This document shows positions 51,777 to 64,000 of a DNA stretch of 64,000 bases, piece after piece. Both the position numbers and the translations under genes were made by a program. The notes beneath the pieces were generated by a model. That model did not search any database and was not told where the DNA came from. It saw only the letters and a list, made by a program, of their open reading frames with translations. Source of the stretch: Octopus bimaculoides. Taxonomy: Eukaryota. The stretch's first letter is position 1, and every line of letters starts with the position of its first letter. Where the stretch lies: NCBI RefSeq assembly GCF_001194135.2, contig NC_069005.1, forward strand, positions 8,845,968 through 8,909,967, read 5' to 3'.

Positions 51777-51901
51777 TACACATGCACATACTCAAAGACA
51801 TACACACATAGTTTGCTAAGTGCCATACTAGTAGGTCTCAGCCATTGAGTCAATCTTGTAACCTCTACTGATTAAAAATAATATGCTATATATAAATATA
51901 T
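51600..51901 (+). repeat. Exact tandem duplication, period 160 bp, ending at a gap
   Basis: catgcacatactcaaagac...gattaaaaataatatgctatatataaatata occurs twice; identical ORF starts at 51693 and 51853. Confidence 0.9.
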
Positions 51902-52079
51902 NNNNNNNNNNNNNNNNNNNNNNNNNNNNNNNNNNNNNNNNNNNNNNNNNNNNNNNNNNNNNNNNNNNNNNNNNNNNNNNNNNNNNNNNNNNNNNNNNNN
52001 NNNNNNNNNNNNNNNNNNNNNNNNNNNNNNNNNNNNNNNNNNNNNNNNNNNNNNNNNNNNNNNNNNNNNNNNNNNNNNN

Positions 52080-52121
<42 letters not shown>

Positions 52122-52122
<1 letters not shown>

Positions 52123-53125
52123 TCAGGTAGCTTGTCACCAGCATAGTTAATCAGGTCGTTCAGGAAGGTGTAATACCCAATGACTGGTGTAGCAGCATTA
52201 TTGTTAGCCGCTACAAGGTGATGCTTTAAATAGAAGCAATTATAGAGGCATCAAACTCCTGGACCAGGTGATGAAAATTATGCAGGGAGTTATAGCCCAA
52301 TTTATTAGGAGCAGAATTAGGCAGGTCAAAATCCAGTTTGGCTTCTTGTAGGGAAGAAGAACTTAGTACTTAGCTAAGAATAAATTATTATGCTTGGCAT
52401 TCATTTATCTAGAGAAAGCCCTCAGTAGAGTACCCTGCTGTGTGATATACTGGGCACGGAAGAGTCTATGGATAGAAAGGTGGCTGGTGAAAGCTGTACA
52501 GGCCATTTACAAAGATGCTGTCAGTAAGGTGAAAGTTAACAAGTAGAGTGAAGAATTTGATATACAGGTAGGGGTTCATCAAGGTTCAGTCCTTAGTTTT
52601 CCCCTTTTCATCATTGTCCTTCAGGCTATTACATTGTCCTTCAGGCTATTACAGAGGAACTACCATAAGGTGATGATTTTGCCCTCATAGCAGATTCCTT
52701 GTCTGAGCTAAAAGAGAAATTCCAGGTGTGGAAGTAAGACCTGGACTCTAAGGGCCTGAAGGTTAACTAAGCAAAGTCCTAATAAGCCAGAAAAACTGAC
52801 AGGACCCTACCCACTTCCTGTAGTGGTCCTGTTCAATTTGTAGGAAAAGTGTAGGTAGGTACTCCATACAGTGTACTCAATATAAGGTATGGACACACAA
52901 GAGATGCAGTGGATTGATAGGAATATTATCAAAGGTGGTGTTTGTATAAGGAAGATGCACACCCATAAAAGCTATAGAGACTCCTAGAAATTGATTCTCT
53001 CAAACGTCCTGGTGGCTCATTAGAAGTAGTAGATAATTTCTGCAACTCAGGGGACCAAATTAGTATTGGGAGCAGATGCAAGGGGAGTGTGAGGGTGTGA
53101 TAGCTAGAATAAGAATTGCCTGAAA
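52122..53125 (+). mobile_element. RTE-clade LINE RT domain remnant
   Basis: VIPNDWCSSIIV / GDALNRSNYRGIKLLDQVMK / QFGF / LAFIYLEKA / VGVHQGSVLS.PLF / DDFALIA / GLKVN, with stops, frameshifts and a short tandem duplication (cattgtccttcaggctatta twice). Confidence 0.92.
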
Positions 53126-53295
53126 GGTTCAGCATCCTGAGGTCATTCTTCAGCACTTTGCCTTCCTTGATCTTCCACTTTCATGTGTTCCATCTCCTTT
53201 GAGAGATTGGTACTTCTTTATGAAGCTATCAGTATCTATCTACATCACATGACCAAACCAGCACAGTCTTCTCTCTAGCACACAGCAACTAATTC
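53125..53295 (-). mobile_element. RTE ORF C-terminal fragment inverted relative to the adjacent RT body
   Basis: Minus strand reads GISCCVLERRLCWFGHVM...GRSRK / VLKNDLRMLNL. Confidence 0.75.
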
Positions 53296-53299
53296 CTAA

Positions 53300-53433
53300 T
53301 ATATATAGGAGTGGCTGTGGTTCTGGGTTCAGTCCTACTGCCTGGCACTTTGGGGAAGTGTCTTGAACTATAGCTTCGGGCTGACTAAAGCCTTGTGGGT
53401 GGATTTGGTAGATGAAAACTGAAAGAAGCCTGT

Positions 53434-53486
<53 letters not shown>
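53300..53486 (+). mobile_element. SINE-A 5' half running into (TA)n and a gap
   Basis: ggagtggctgtgg..gggttcagtcc...gaaaactgaaagaagcctgttg(TA)n. Confidence 0.8.
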
Positions 53487-53959
53487 NNNNNNNNNNNNNN
53501 NNNNNNNNNNNNNNNNNNNNNNNNNNNNNNNNNNNNNNNNNNNNNNNNNNNNNNNNNNNNNNNNNNNNNNNNNNNNNNNNNNNNNNNNNNNNNNNNNNNN
53601 NNNNNNNNNNNNNNNNNNNNNNNNNNNNNNNNNNNNNNNNNNNNNNNNNNNNNNNNNNNNNNNNNNNNNNNNNNNNNNNNNNNNNNNNNNNNNNNNNNNN
53701 NNNNNNNNNNNNNNNNNNNNNNNNNNNNNNNNNNNNNNNNNNNNNNNNNNNNNNNNNNNNNNNNNNNNNNNNNNNNNNNNNNNNNNNNNNNNNNNNNNNN
53801 NNNNNNNNNNNNNNNNNNNNNNNNNNNNNNNNNNNNNNNNNNNNNNNNNNNNNNNNNNNNNNNNNNNNNNNNNNNNNNNNNNNNNNNNNNNNNNNNNNNN
53901 NNNNNNNNNNNNNNNNNNNNNNNNNNNNNNNNNNNNNNNNNNNNNNNNNNNNNNNNNNN

Positions 53960-53997
<38 letters not shown>

Positions 53998-54260
53998 CAT
54001 GTATATATATATGTTTGAATAAGAGATCAAGGAGACCAGAAATTTGATGTGAATTTGCGATAACTGTAGAATGGTTAGTTACATTTTACGGATTTCATGT
54101 TTTAGCAAAGTAACTTCACATTACGTCTTACAATAGCTCTTTTGAAGCTGAACATATATCTATATATATACCTACCTATCTATCTATCTCACTACATACA
54201 TACATACAGATATATATATATATACATATATATTTGTCTGTCTTTCTGCCTATTTACCTA

Positions 54261-54297
<37 letters not shown>

Positions 54298-54299
54298 AT

Positions 54300-54380
54300 A
54301 TCTATATATCTATCTATCTATCTAACTGTCTGTCTGTCTGTCTTCCTGTTTATCTATCTATCTATCTATCTATCTATCTG

Positions 54381-54423
<43 letters not shown>

Positions 54424-54424
54424 C

Positions 54425-54455
<31 letters not shown>

Positions 54456-54468
54456 CTCTATCTATCTC

Positions 54469-54500
<32 letters not shown>
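54300..54500. repeat. (TCTA)n tetranucleotide satellite
   Basis: Direct inspection. Confidence 0.95.
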
Positions 54501-54502
<2 letters not shown>

Positions 54503-55061
54503 CCCACATACATACATGCATGCATGAATACATACATATATATATATATATATAATGTTTTCTTCTGTGCAATTTAAAATTAATTAAAAATTTCCTGACT
54601 CATTATACTAACTACGTAAGTTCTCACTTTAGTATCAGAGATTTAGATATTTTAATAAAAAGTTGTTTTGTTTCCATTCTGAATTTTCTTTTCTATTTGT
54701 TTATTTTATTTTATGTTTGGTTTTTGCAACAAAAAAGGTAATAAACTATTTTGATATATAGTACTTGGCCTGGCACTATTCACTATGTTATATATATTGA
54801 TGTATGGAGGGTGATAGGAATAATAATATCACTTACATGCAATAGAAAGGCAGGAGAAATATATTCTCACAGACACACGTGTGTGCATGCATATATAATT
54901 AAATTTGTTCTCATACATATAATTAAATATCTCCGCAAACACATACACAGGTGCACAGACGCATACATACATACATACATACACACATACATACATAGAA
55001 CAGAGTGAGATACATTCATGCATTCGCAGGCCCACATACACTCACCTGTCTTCATAGGCAT

Positions 55062-55104
<43 letters not shown>

Positions 55105-55394
55105 CATGCATTCACAAACACACATACACCTGCGCACGCACATATGCACAGTTATATGTGTCCACACATTAATAGTTTCATATATCGACACAAACGTACT
55201 GTTGCAGATGTCTACACACACACACACACACACGCACACACACAGAATTAATAGTCCACACACAAACGTGCCCACACATACATAAGTACATGCATGCATA
55301 CATGTTCTTGCACATGCATATAGACACGCATACACAGTTACTTGGCAACATATTTTCTTTCAGATATTGGTGGTTATTACATTTAGTAGTCAGA

Positions 55395-55435
<41 letters not shown>

Positions 55436-56227
55436 ATGTATTTGCACATATACATATACATGCATATACACATACATGCATGTGTATGCATATATATGTG
55501 TGTGTGTATATATATGTATATAAATATAGACATATATATGTGTATCTATATATATATATATATATATANNNNNNNNNNNNNNNNNNNNNNNNNNNNNNNN
55601 NNNNNNNNNNNNNNNNNNNNNNNNNNNNNNNNNNNNNNNNNNNNNNNNNNNNNNNNNNNNNNNNNNNNNNNNNNNNNNNNNNNNNNNNNNNNNNNNNNNN
55701 NNNNNNNNNNNNNNNNNNNNNNNNNNNNNNNNNNNNNNNNNNNNNNNNNNNNNNNNNNNNNNNNNNNNNNNNNNNNNNNNNNNNNNNNNNNNNNNNNNNN
55801 NNNNNNNNNNNNNNNNNNNNNNNNNNNNNNNNNNNNNNNNNNNNNNNNNNNNNNNNNNNNNNNNNNNNNNNNNNNNNNNNNNNNNNNNNNNNNNNNNNNN
55901 NNNNNNNNNNNNNNNNNNNNNNNNNNNNNNNNNNNNNNNNNNNNNNNNNNNNNNNNNNNNNNNNNNNNNNNNNNNNNNNNNNNNNNNNNNNNNNNNNNNN
56001 NNNNNNNNNNNNNNNNNNNNNNNNNNNNNNNNNNNNNNNNNNNNNNNNNNNNNNNNNNNNNNNNNNNNNNNNNNNNNNNNNNNNNNNNNNNNNNNNNNNN
56101 NNNNNNNNNNNNNNNNNNNNNNNNNNNNNNNNNNNNNNNNNNNNNNNNNNNNNNNNNNNNNNNNNNNNNNNNNNNNNNNNNNNNNNNNNNNNNNNNNNNN
56201 NNNNNNNNNNNNNNNNNNNNNNNNNNN

Positions 56228-56278
<51 letters not shown>

Positions 56279-57442
56279 TACACATATGAGCAGAGTGAGA
56301 GAGACGGGGTGGGGTGGAAAGATTCATTTTCATTCATTTTTCACTAACATTTTACTTAATATTGGGTCAAATATTTCTCATTGTGTAACCAGAATGAATG
56401 GGCGGTGTGTTCACACATCAAACGCAGTAGTTCAACTTATTGAAATTGGAATTTAATTTGCGTTCCAATCTAGATTTGAACAGGGAATACAAGTCTAAAC
56501 AAAAGTATTGATGCAGGCACAAAGGCTGTCAGAAAGAGAATAACTAATTTTTCCCCTTTCTGCCATAATAGGCACAGGAATGACTATTGGCTGTGTGGTT
56601 GAGTGTTTGTTTCATAACCTCATGGTTTCAGGTTCAGTACCACATGGTTTCAGAATCAGTGATGAGAGTAAATTTATTTCTTTAACCCCAGGCCCAAGCA
56701 ATGTGTTGTGTGTTTGGAAGATAAAAACTGTATGGATGCTCATTACATATGTATATGTGAGTGAGTGTGTCTATGTAAGTAGAAATGTGTGTATATTTAT
56801 ATATGTATATTCCTGTGCATACGTGCATATATATGGATGCATATGTATAAGTGTGTGTATATGTATATATATATATAATACAAATAATATGTGAGTATAT
56901 GCATATATACGTACATGTATGTACATACCTACATCTACATGTATATATAGATGCATATCTGGATTATAGACGTCACAAAAAAAACATGGACAAAATGAGA
57001 AACAGAACATAAACAGAGCACAGAAAACACACAGGCCACATAGAGAACATTTCCTTCCTTAGTTGCCACCATTCTAAAACTAAGCATTTCGAAGAGTTAG
57101 GGCAGGACGCTTTGTTAGAATGGTTTTTCCCGCGCAAACAAATTAAATTCACTGGCTCCAATCTATTTGGCTCTGAAGTTAGCAGGGACCATGAGGGTTG
57201 CCCAAGGATGACCCTAGCAATTTGGTAGATGGGAACTGAAAGAAGCCTGTCGTATATTATTTTGTGGTAAAGCTTCAACCAGTTGAACTGTATTTGATCA
57301 GCTAAGAGAGAAAGTAAGATGTAATAATGAGAATCACATGTCTTGTCAATTACAACTCGAAAAATGGTAAAATAAATGTTTCATCCACAAAACCCTGGGT
57401 AGCTGTAATTAACAAGACGTGTTTTTTTCTTATTTCATTTTG

Positions 57443-57473
<31 letters not shown>

Positions 57474-57474
57474 G

Positions 57475-57611
57475 TAAGCTTGCTGTCCAACCACATAGTT
57501 CCGGGTTCAGTCCCACTGTGTGGCACCTTGGGCAAATGTTTTCTGCTGCAGTCTCAGGCCGACCAAAGACTTGTGAGTGGATTTGGTAGATGGAAACTGA
57601 GAGAAGCCCGT

Positions 57612-57651
<40 letters not shown>

Positions 57652-57890
57652 TGTCTGTGTGTGCGTGTGTGTGTGTGTGTGTCTTTGTGTCTATATTTGT
57701 CTCCCCACCATCAACACTTGAGAACTAGTGTCGGTGTGTTTATGTCCCTGTAATTTAGCAGTTCAGCTAGAATAAGTACTAGTCTTATAAAATAAGACCC
57801 GGGGGGTTGATTTGTTCAACTAAAATCTCCCATTGGAGTGCTCCAGCATGGCTTCAGTCAAATATGTCAAACAAAGGAAAGAATAAAATA
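57475..57890 (+). mobile_element. SINE-A, near full length
   Basis: ccgggttcagtcccactgtgtggcaccttgggcaa...gaagcccgttg(TA)n(TG)n...ggagtgctccagcatggc. Confidence 0.85.
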
Positions 57891-58274
57891 ATGAGCATCA
57901 CTGACATACAAATATTGTTGTTTATTTCCAAACTTCCATGTACACATGTCCAGGTATGGCAGAGTTTTAGCTTGTTTGGAAACAGGTGAGGGTTGGCAAC
58001 AGGAAGAGCATCCAACCGTAGAAAATTTGGCTTTTCTGCTGTCATCTGTCCGTCTGTCTCCCTCTTCTTTATTCTTTTCCTTGGTCTAAATGCCTTAAGT
58101 TACAGAGCACTCATGACAGCTACTGTATAAAAGGTACTCTTCTCCGCAGATGCTACAATCAAAGCCCTTGTCATAACCGGCTCTCTTTGCAGGGATTGGT
58201 GAGTGAGCCAAACTCTCTAATGCTGGTGCAACAAAAAAATGCACCCTGTGCACACGGTAAAGTGGTTGGTAAAT

Positions 58275-58385
58275 GAGCAGACACGTGTCTCTGGAATGCT
58301 CAGCCACATGCACGTTAATTTCACGAGCAAGCTGTTCCATTCATTGGATCAACTGGAACCCTCGTCATCGTGGTCACGACAGAGT
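58275..58385 (+). mobile_element. SINE-B1 3' end
   Basis: gctcagccacatgcacgttaatttcacgagcaagctgttcc...ggatcaactggaaccctcgtc. Confidence 0.75.
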
Positions 58386-58627
58386 GTAGAGTTATGAAGT
58401 CCTTTTATAGCTCTGTCTCTAAGACCTGTTCAACTTCTCTAGCGTTGTTGCCACAAGGAAAGGCTTCAAATACGCTCTGATATGTGGCTGGTATCCAGTT
58501 AAAGAAATCAATTCAAATGACTTCTATGAGCAACAGTCTATGAGAGCAGAGGCCCCTAGTAAAATAGATGACTTGGATTGGACTGTGATGACTCATCTGA
58601 TGCCAGCCAGCAAGGAAAGTAGGTGTA

Positions 58628-58920
58628 AAATGATGATGATGATGATGATGACTACAACACTGAGGGTGATAAGGATAACAACAATGATGATGATGATGAT
58701 GACGATGACAACAATGATGATGATGATGATTATGACAATAACGATAATGATGACAATAATGATGATGATAGTGATTACAGTGCCAGTGATAATGGCATCA
58801 GTGACAATGGTAATGATAACAATGATGATGATGATGATGCTAACAATGATGACGACGACGATGACGATGATAACAACAACAATATTGATATTGATGACCA
58901 TGATGATGATTCTGATGACA
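58628..58920. repeat. Degenerate (ATG/ACA)n tract; a similar (ATG/AAT)n tract lies at 60845-61050
   Basis: Direct inspection. Confidence 0.9.
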
Positions 58921-59356
58921 AATGGTACCTGATTGCATGTTTCCAAAGGTACACCCTCTGCCAGATCGATTCTTACCCTCCCACTGGTTGCTTGGCTGAC
59001 ACCATGCCAAAGGTCATTGCTAGAAAGTTTTACCATTTACCAAAACATAAGGCCACCACATGGTCTCAGTTGTAAGAGCTACCACCCCTTTTGTGATTGA
59101 CCAATGATGGATGCATTTTCTACAATTTTTGAGCAGTGTTTCCAAATGATGACAATAGCTTCACATATGAATTGTCTTGTTTTTAAGACCTCATGGTAAC
59201 ATTGGCAGTTCAGCAAAAGAGATTGATTGAACAAATACCAGATTTTTGAAAAAAGGAAGCACTGGGGTCAGCCTATCCCAACTGAAAACCTTCTAAGTGT
59301 GGCCCCAATATCGCCACAGTCCAATGGCTGAAATAAATAAAAGACAAAATAAAATA

Positions 59357-59388
<32 letters not shown>

Positions 59389-59501
59389 GGATACATATAT
59401 ATCAATCTATCTTTCCATCTATTTAACTATGTCTGTCTGTCTGTCTGTTGGTCTGTTTGTCTGTCTATGTATATATGTATGTATGTATGTANNNNNNNNN
59501 N

Positions 59502-59542
<41 letters not shown>

Positions 59543-60098
59543 CATCTTTGTATATATATTTATGCATATATTTAGGAATCTGTGTATGCGTGGGTGCATA
59601 TATATATATGTACATATATACATGTCTATGCATGTGAGTATTTGTATGTATGTGTGTAGTGGTAGTAGTAGTAGTAGTAGTAACAGTAGCATTATTATTT
59701 GTTGTGTATATATGCGCAATGTTTCAGTTGAATCATGTCCATTGCCGAAAATTTCCAACTCTCCATGCAAAATGTAAAAAACCACATGCACACATACATT
59801 TATGTGTGTGTGTATGTGTATGTGTGTGTGTGCTTATGTGAATCATATAATATGTGAATTTGAGTGTGCCTGCTAAAGTTTATGTATCTGTATATATCTT
59901 ATCCAAATTCACATATATACAATCATGCACTAAACCACACACACATTCCATATGCATACATGCACACACACATAGATATATGTGTATGTATATATATATA
60001 TATATATTTGTGTATGTGTACATATCTATGTATGTATACATATATATATGTGTATATATATACACACACACACTCACATATACAAATATATAATTTTA

Positions 60099-60139
<41 letters not shown>

Positions 60140-60256
60140 ATATATGCATGTATATACATATATATGTATGTGTATATATGTATATACACACACACACATA
60201 TATATTTACATGTATATATGTGTATACATATATCTTAATACATATGTATATATATA

Positions 60257-60299
<43 letters not shown>

Positions 60300-60355
60300 G
60301 CATACATATATATATATACATACATACATACATACATGATATATATATTGATTAG

Positions 60356-60391
<36 letters not shown>

Positions 60392-60411
60392 TATATGTGT
60401 ATATATATAAA

Positions 60412-60450
<39 letters not shown>

Positions 60451-60850
60451 CTATCTATCTATACACATACACACATACATGCGACATGTGGAGAGAAAGT
60501 ATTTCTCTAGAAAGACTGCAGTTAATTACCTGAAATGTTGTGCAGCTGAAAAGAAAGCAATATGGAGAGCTGGGAAAGTTTCATTAGAAGGTGTGCATAA
60601 CTAACACACACACACACACACACATATAGTATCCACCATGCACGCATACACGTTCTCTGCTGGTCTTTGTTACTTTGTGTGCAATGAAAATATATTAAAC
60701 CTCTTTTTATAAGTTGTAAGCTATATAATCTAGTGTTGGGCAATATTCAAGACGAATTTGGCTATGAATGGTCTTCGGCTTGGCTGTCGGCTCTCAAATT
60801 GCAGGTTTGTGAACAAACATAGCATAGTTGTGATTTGACTTGAAATAATA

Positions 60851-60885
<35 letters not shown>

Positions 60886-61453
60886 AACAAGACTAATAAT
60901 AAGATGAAGAATAATAATGGTAATATTGACAATAATGGTAATGATGAAGATGGTGATGATGATAATAATAAAACTAATAATGGTATTGATAAAATAGTAA
61001 ATAATAATAATAATAATGATGATGATGATGATGGTGGTGATGATAATAATAGTCATCATTATCATCCTGTTTCTTTTATTANNNNNNNNNNNNNNNNNNN
61101 NNNNNNNNNNNNNNNNNNNNNNNNNNNNNNNNNNNNNNNNNNNNNNNNNNNNNNNNNNNNNNNNNNNNNNNNNNNNNNNNNNNNNNNNNNNNNNNNNNNN
61201 NNNNNNNNNNNNNNNNNNNNNNNNNNNNNNNNNNNNNNNNNNNNNNNNNNNNNNNNNNNNNNNNNNNNNNNNNNNNNNNNNNNNNNNNNNNNNNNNNNNN
61301 NNNNNNNNNNNNNNNNNNNNNNNNNNNNNNNNNNNNNNNNNNNNNNNNNNNNNNNNNNNNNNNNNNNNNNNNNNNNNNNNNNNNNNNNNNNNNNNNNNNN
61401 NNNNNNNNNNNNNNNNNNNNNNNNNNNNNNNNNNNNNNNNNNNNNNNNNNNNN

Positions 61454-61779
61454 TGAGCGTGGCCGTTGCCAGTACCGCCTGACTGGCTCCTGTAGGATTT
61501 TCGAGCGAGATCGTTGCCAGTGCCCCTGGACTGGCTTGTGCGGGTGGCACATAAAAGACACCATTTCGAGCGTGGCCGTTTTCGTGCGGGTGACACGTAA
61601 AAGCACCCACTACACTCTCTGAGTGGTTGGCGTTAGGAAGGGCATCCAGCTGTAGAAACTCTGCCAAATCAGACTGGAGCCTGGTGTTGCCATCCGGTTT
61701 CACCAGTCCTCAGTCAAATCGTCCAACCCATGCTAGCATGGAAAGCGGACGTTAAACGATGATGATGATGATGATGATG
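61454..61779 (+). mobile_element. RTE LINE 3' UTR, young copy with internal tandem units and (GAT)n tail
   Basis: gagcgtggccgttgccagtaccgcctgactggc / gagcgagatcgttgccagtgcccctggactggc ... aggaagggcatccagctgtagaaa ... ccatgctagcatggaaagcggacgttaaacgatgatg. Confidence 0.85.
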
Positions 61780-62625
61780 ATATGTGTGTGCACAAATGCA
61801 TACACTCAGATAAAAATATCGACAGATATTTGTTTATCTATACATACATAGCGTATATGTATAATTGTGTATGTGTGTGTATACACACACACATACATGC
61901 ACATGTAAAGATATAAATATATATTAATTTAAGTATATGATTGACTATAAAAGCCAGAATATTAAAGGGTAAAAAACCCAAAAAAATTCTAGAATTGCTG
62001 ATTGAGTTTCTGTGTTTATTCTTTAAGCAGTGGTGGTCATGATGTTGGATATATTATCTGTAGATACCTACATATAAATATATATATATTCCTCTATCTA
62101 TCTATACACACACATATATATATATACACAAGTGCACTTGTATACATATATATGCATATATGTCTGCATATACTCATATATGTAAGTGTGTGTGTGTATA
62201 TATGTGTATATGTATATATATATATATATAGGTGCAACAGTTTAACTGGTGTTATTAATAATATTGCTATTTGCATTAGTTCTTGTGTGATATATTGTTC
62301 ATGTCGAAAATGTTAACTTGTTTACACATAACTTATCTGAAGTTATATCATCTTTGATTTAATCCGGTATCATGTACTTTCTGATCATGCCAGATCTACA
62401 GATATCAAATGAAAAAATATCCCAGCTTCTGCCAAATAATGAAAAGCTTTTGATTTTTGCGACTGTTCATGGACAGATGAGCAAGATGCCCGTCAGGTTA
62501 ATTTGCTGGTCTCTTGACAGCACCATCATAAGTTCAAACCTTAATTATGCAGTGATTAAGTGGTAAATAAGCTATTTATTTCCACATTCAGTTCAGCTGA
62601 ACACATAATTTTTGTCTATGCAAGC

Positions 62626-62939
62626 TAATGTTTCTCAACTGTTCTTTTAACCTAAGGACCCCTTTGATTACTATTTTATCCTGATGGACCCTCGTAGCCA
62701 TTCGATGTTTAAAAATTAGTTTTATGGATGCTTCTTTCAAAATTCCTACTTTGTTATTCACACGTTCACTTGTATATGTCAAACTATGTCAAATGTTAGA
62801 GAAAGAAATACATCAAAATCGAAATTTTTCATGGATGTTTAAAGTACTACGTACCCAATTTACTATTTCGCAGGTGTAGACTCCCAAAAATCTTACATGA
62901 ACACCCAGGGGTCTTATAAATCCCTGCTGAGAACAACTA
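62626..62939. mobile_element. hAT/Charlie-type MITE
   Basis: Termini taatgtttctcaac and gctgagaacaacta; flanking 8-mers atgcaagc and atctaagt match at 5 of 8 positions as a decayed TSD. Confidence 0.6.
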
Positions 62940-63007
62940 ATCTAAGTGATGGGTGCCCCACTCTTAACCTTATCATGTATGTATATAAATATGTACAAAT
63001 ATAAATA

Positions 63008-63458
63008 GGTGCAGGAGTGGCTGTGTGGTAAGTAGCTTGCTTACCAGCCACATGGTTCTGGGTTCAGTCCCATTGCATGGCACCTTGGGCAAGTGTCTTC
63101 TACTATGACCTCGGGCCGACCAAAGCGTTTGGGCAAGTGTCTTATGAGTGGATTTGGTAGATGGAAACTGCAAGAACTCCATTGTATACGTACATACATA
63201 CATACATACATACATACATAAATACATACATACATGTGTGTGTGTGTGTGTGTGTCTGTGTTTGTCTCTCCACTATCATTTGACAACCAAGGTTGGTGTG
63301 TTTAGGTCCTCGTAATTTAGCAGTTCGGCAAAAGAGTCCAATGCAATAAGTACTAGGCTTACAAAAAGTAGGTCCTGGGTTCGATTTGCTTGACTAAAGA
63401 TGGTGCTCCAGCATGGCTGCAGTCAAATGACTGAAACAAGTAAAAGAATGAAAGAATA
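63008..63458 (+). mobile_element. SINE-A, best full-length copy
   Basis: A-box tggctgtgtgg, B-box gggttcagtccc, CORE-like caccttgggcaagtgtc, internal (TACA)n(TG)n, tail ggtgctccagcatggctgcagtcaaatgactgaaacaagtaaaaga. Confidence 0.9.
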
Positions 63459-63764
63459 TAGTTAGAAGAAAAAATGGGATAAAAAAAACCCTGACAGATA
63501 TCAGTAGAGCACTCAGTATGAAAAGAATTTGGTTATGAATGTTGAACAACGAAATACCAGTAAATGTGAGTAGAATCCATATCCTAGGTAAATCCTTATG
63601 CATTGACAGGTAAATCCAAATATCCGTTTGCAGAACATATGAAGTGGCAGGGTGGGGGGAAATGAATTGTTTTGCTAGAAGAAGTAAGATACACATTGTA
63701 AGGTTTTTTGTGTGTCTTGCTCTCTCTCTCTCACACACGCACACATGCACACACTCACACACAG

Positions 63765-63865
63765 AGGCCTACATCAGGTTCCACAGTTTTTCACAGAGTG
63801 TGACTGAACCCGAAACCATGTGGCTGTGAGCCAAACTTCATAATCACAAAGTCATGTCCACACCC
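63765..63865 (-). mobile_element. SINE-A head fragment
   Basis: gtgactgaacccgaaaccatgtggctg...aaagtcatgtccacaccc. Confidence 0.55.
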
Positions 63866-64000
63866 ATATGTACATAGACACACATTCACTCATTTATTCT
63901 TGCACACATACACACACACACATATTTGCACATATATATATATATGTGCTCATATTCACATATATATATATGTGCTCATATTCACATATATATATATATA

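Noticed and set aside
57040-57105. Minus-strand GAAA...CTAAGGA arrangement resembling a permuted hammerhead (similar cases at 35760, 8790, 3460, 51000)
   Set aside because: Cores mutated and/or stem I or III cannot form; too degenerate to claim
58095-58340. ORF with CSIC...CHEC, a possible zinc finger
   Set aside because: Short, assembled across SINE-B1 and RTE-UTR fragments, and spacing does not fit a known finger
60180-60810. DEFGYEW similarity to MPDZ (EDEFGYSW)
   Set aside because: Similarity is limited to 6-7 residues and the following PDZ sequence is absent
63008-63080. tRNA-like A/B boxes as tRNA genes
   Set aside because: They are SINE heads attached to SINE bodies and lack a complete cloverleaf

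Overview
This is AT-rich, microsatellite-dense animal DNA with 19 N-gaps, most flanked by (TA)n. It is most likely from an octopus or other coleoid cephalopod; this is inferred from the repeat landscape, with no database check. I found no host protein-coding gene, rRNA, genuine tRNA gene or CRISPR array that I can support. Nearly all ORFs in the track come from microsatellites or gaps. The window is a patchwork of decayed transposable elements. There are three tRNA-headed SINE groups (my working labels SINE-A, SINE-B1/B2, SINE-C), many 3' ends plus RT fragments of an RTE-clade LINE, and Penelope-like remnants including one decayed hammerhead-ribozyme motif. Four Tc1/mariner lineages appear (a DD36E Tc1, a mariner, a maT/DD37D-like and a rosa-like fragment), along with several MITE and foldback families. 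I do not see a convincing new biological system. The most interesting observations concern the elements themselves: the DD36E Tc1, a foldback built from two transposase 3' ends inside a SINE microsatellite, a SINE that carries its own microsatellite, a palindromic family whose arms appear to co-evolve, a tandem array of five MITEs, and hairpin tandem units in the RTE 3' UTR. Coordinates were read by eye and repeat boundaries are approximate (tens of bp).
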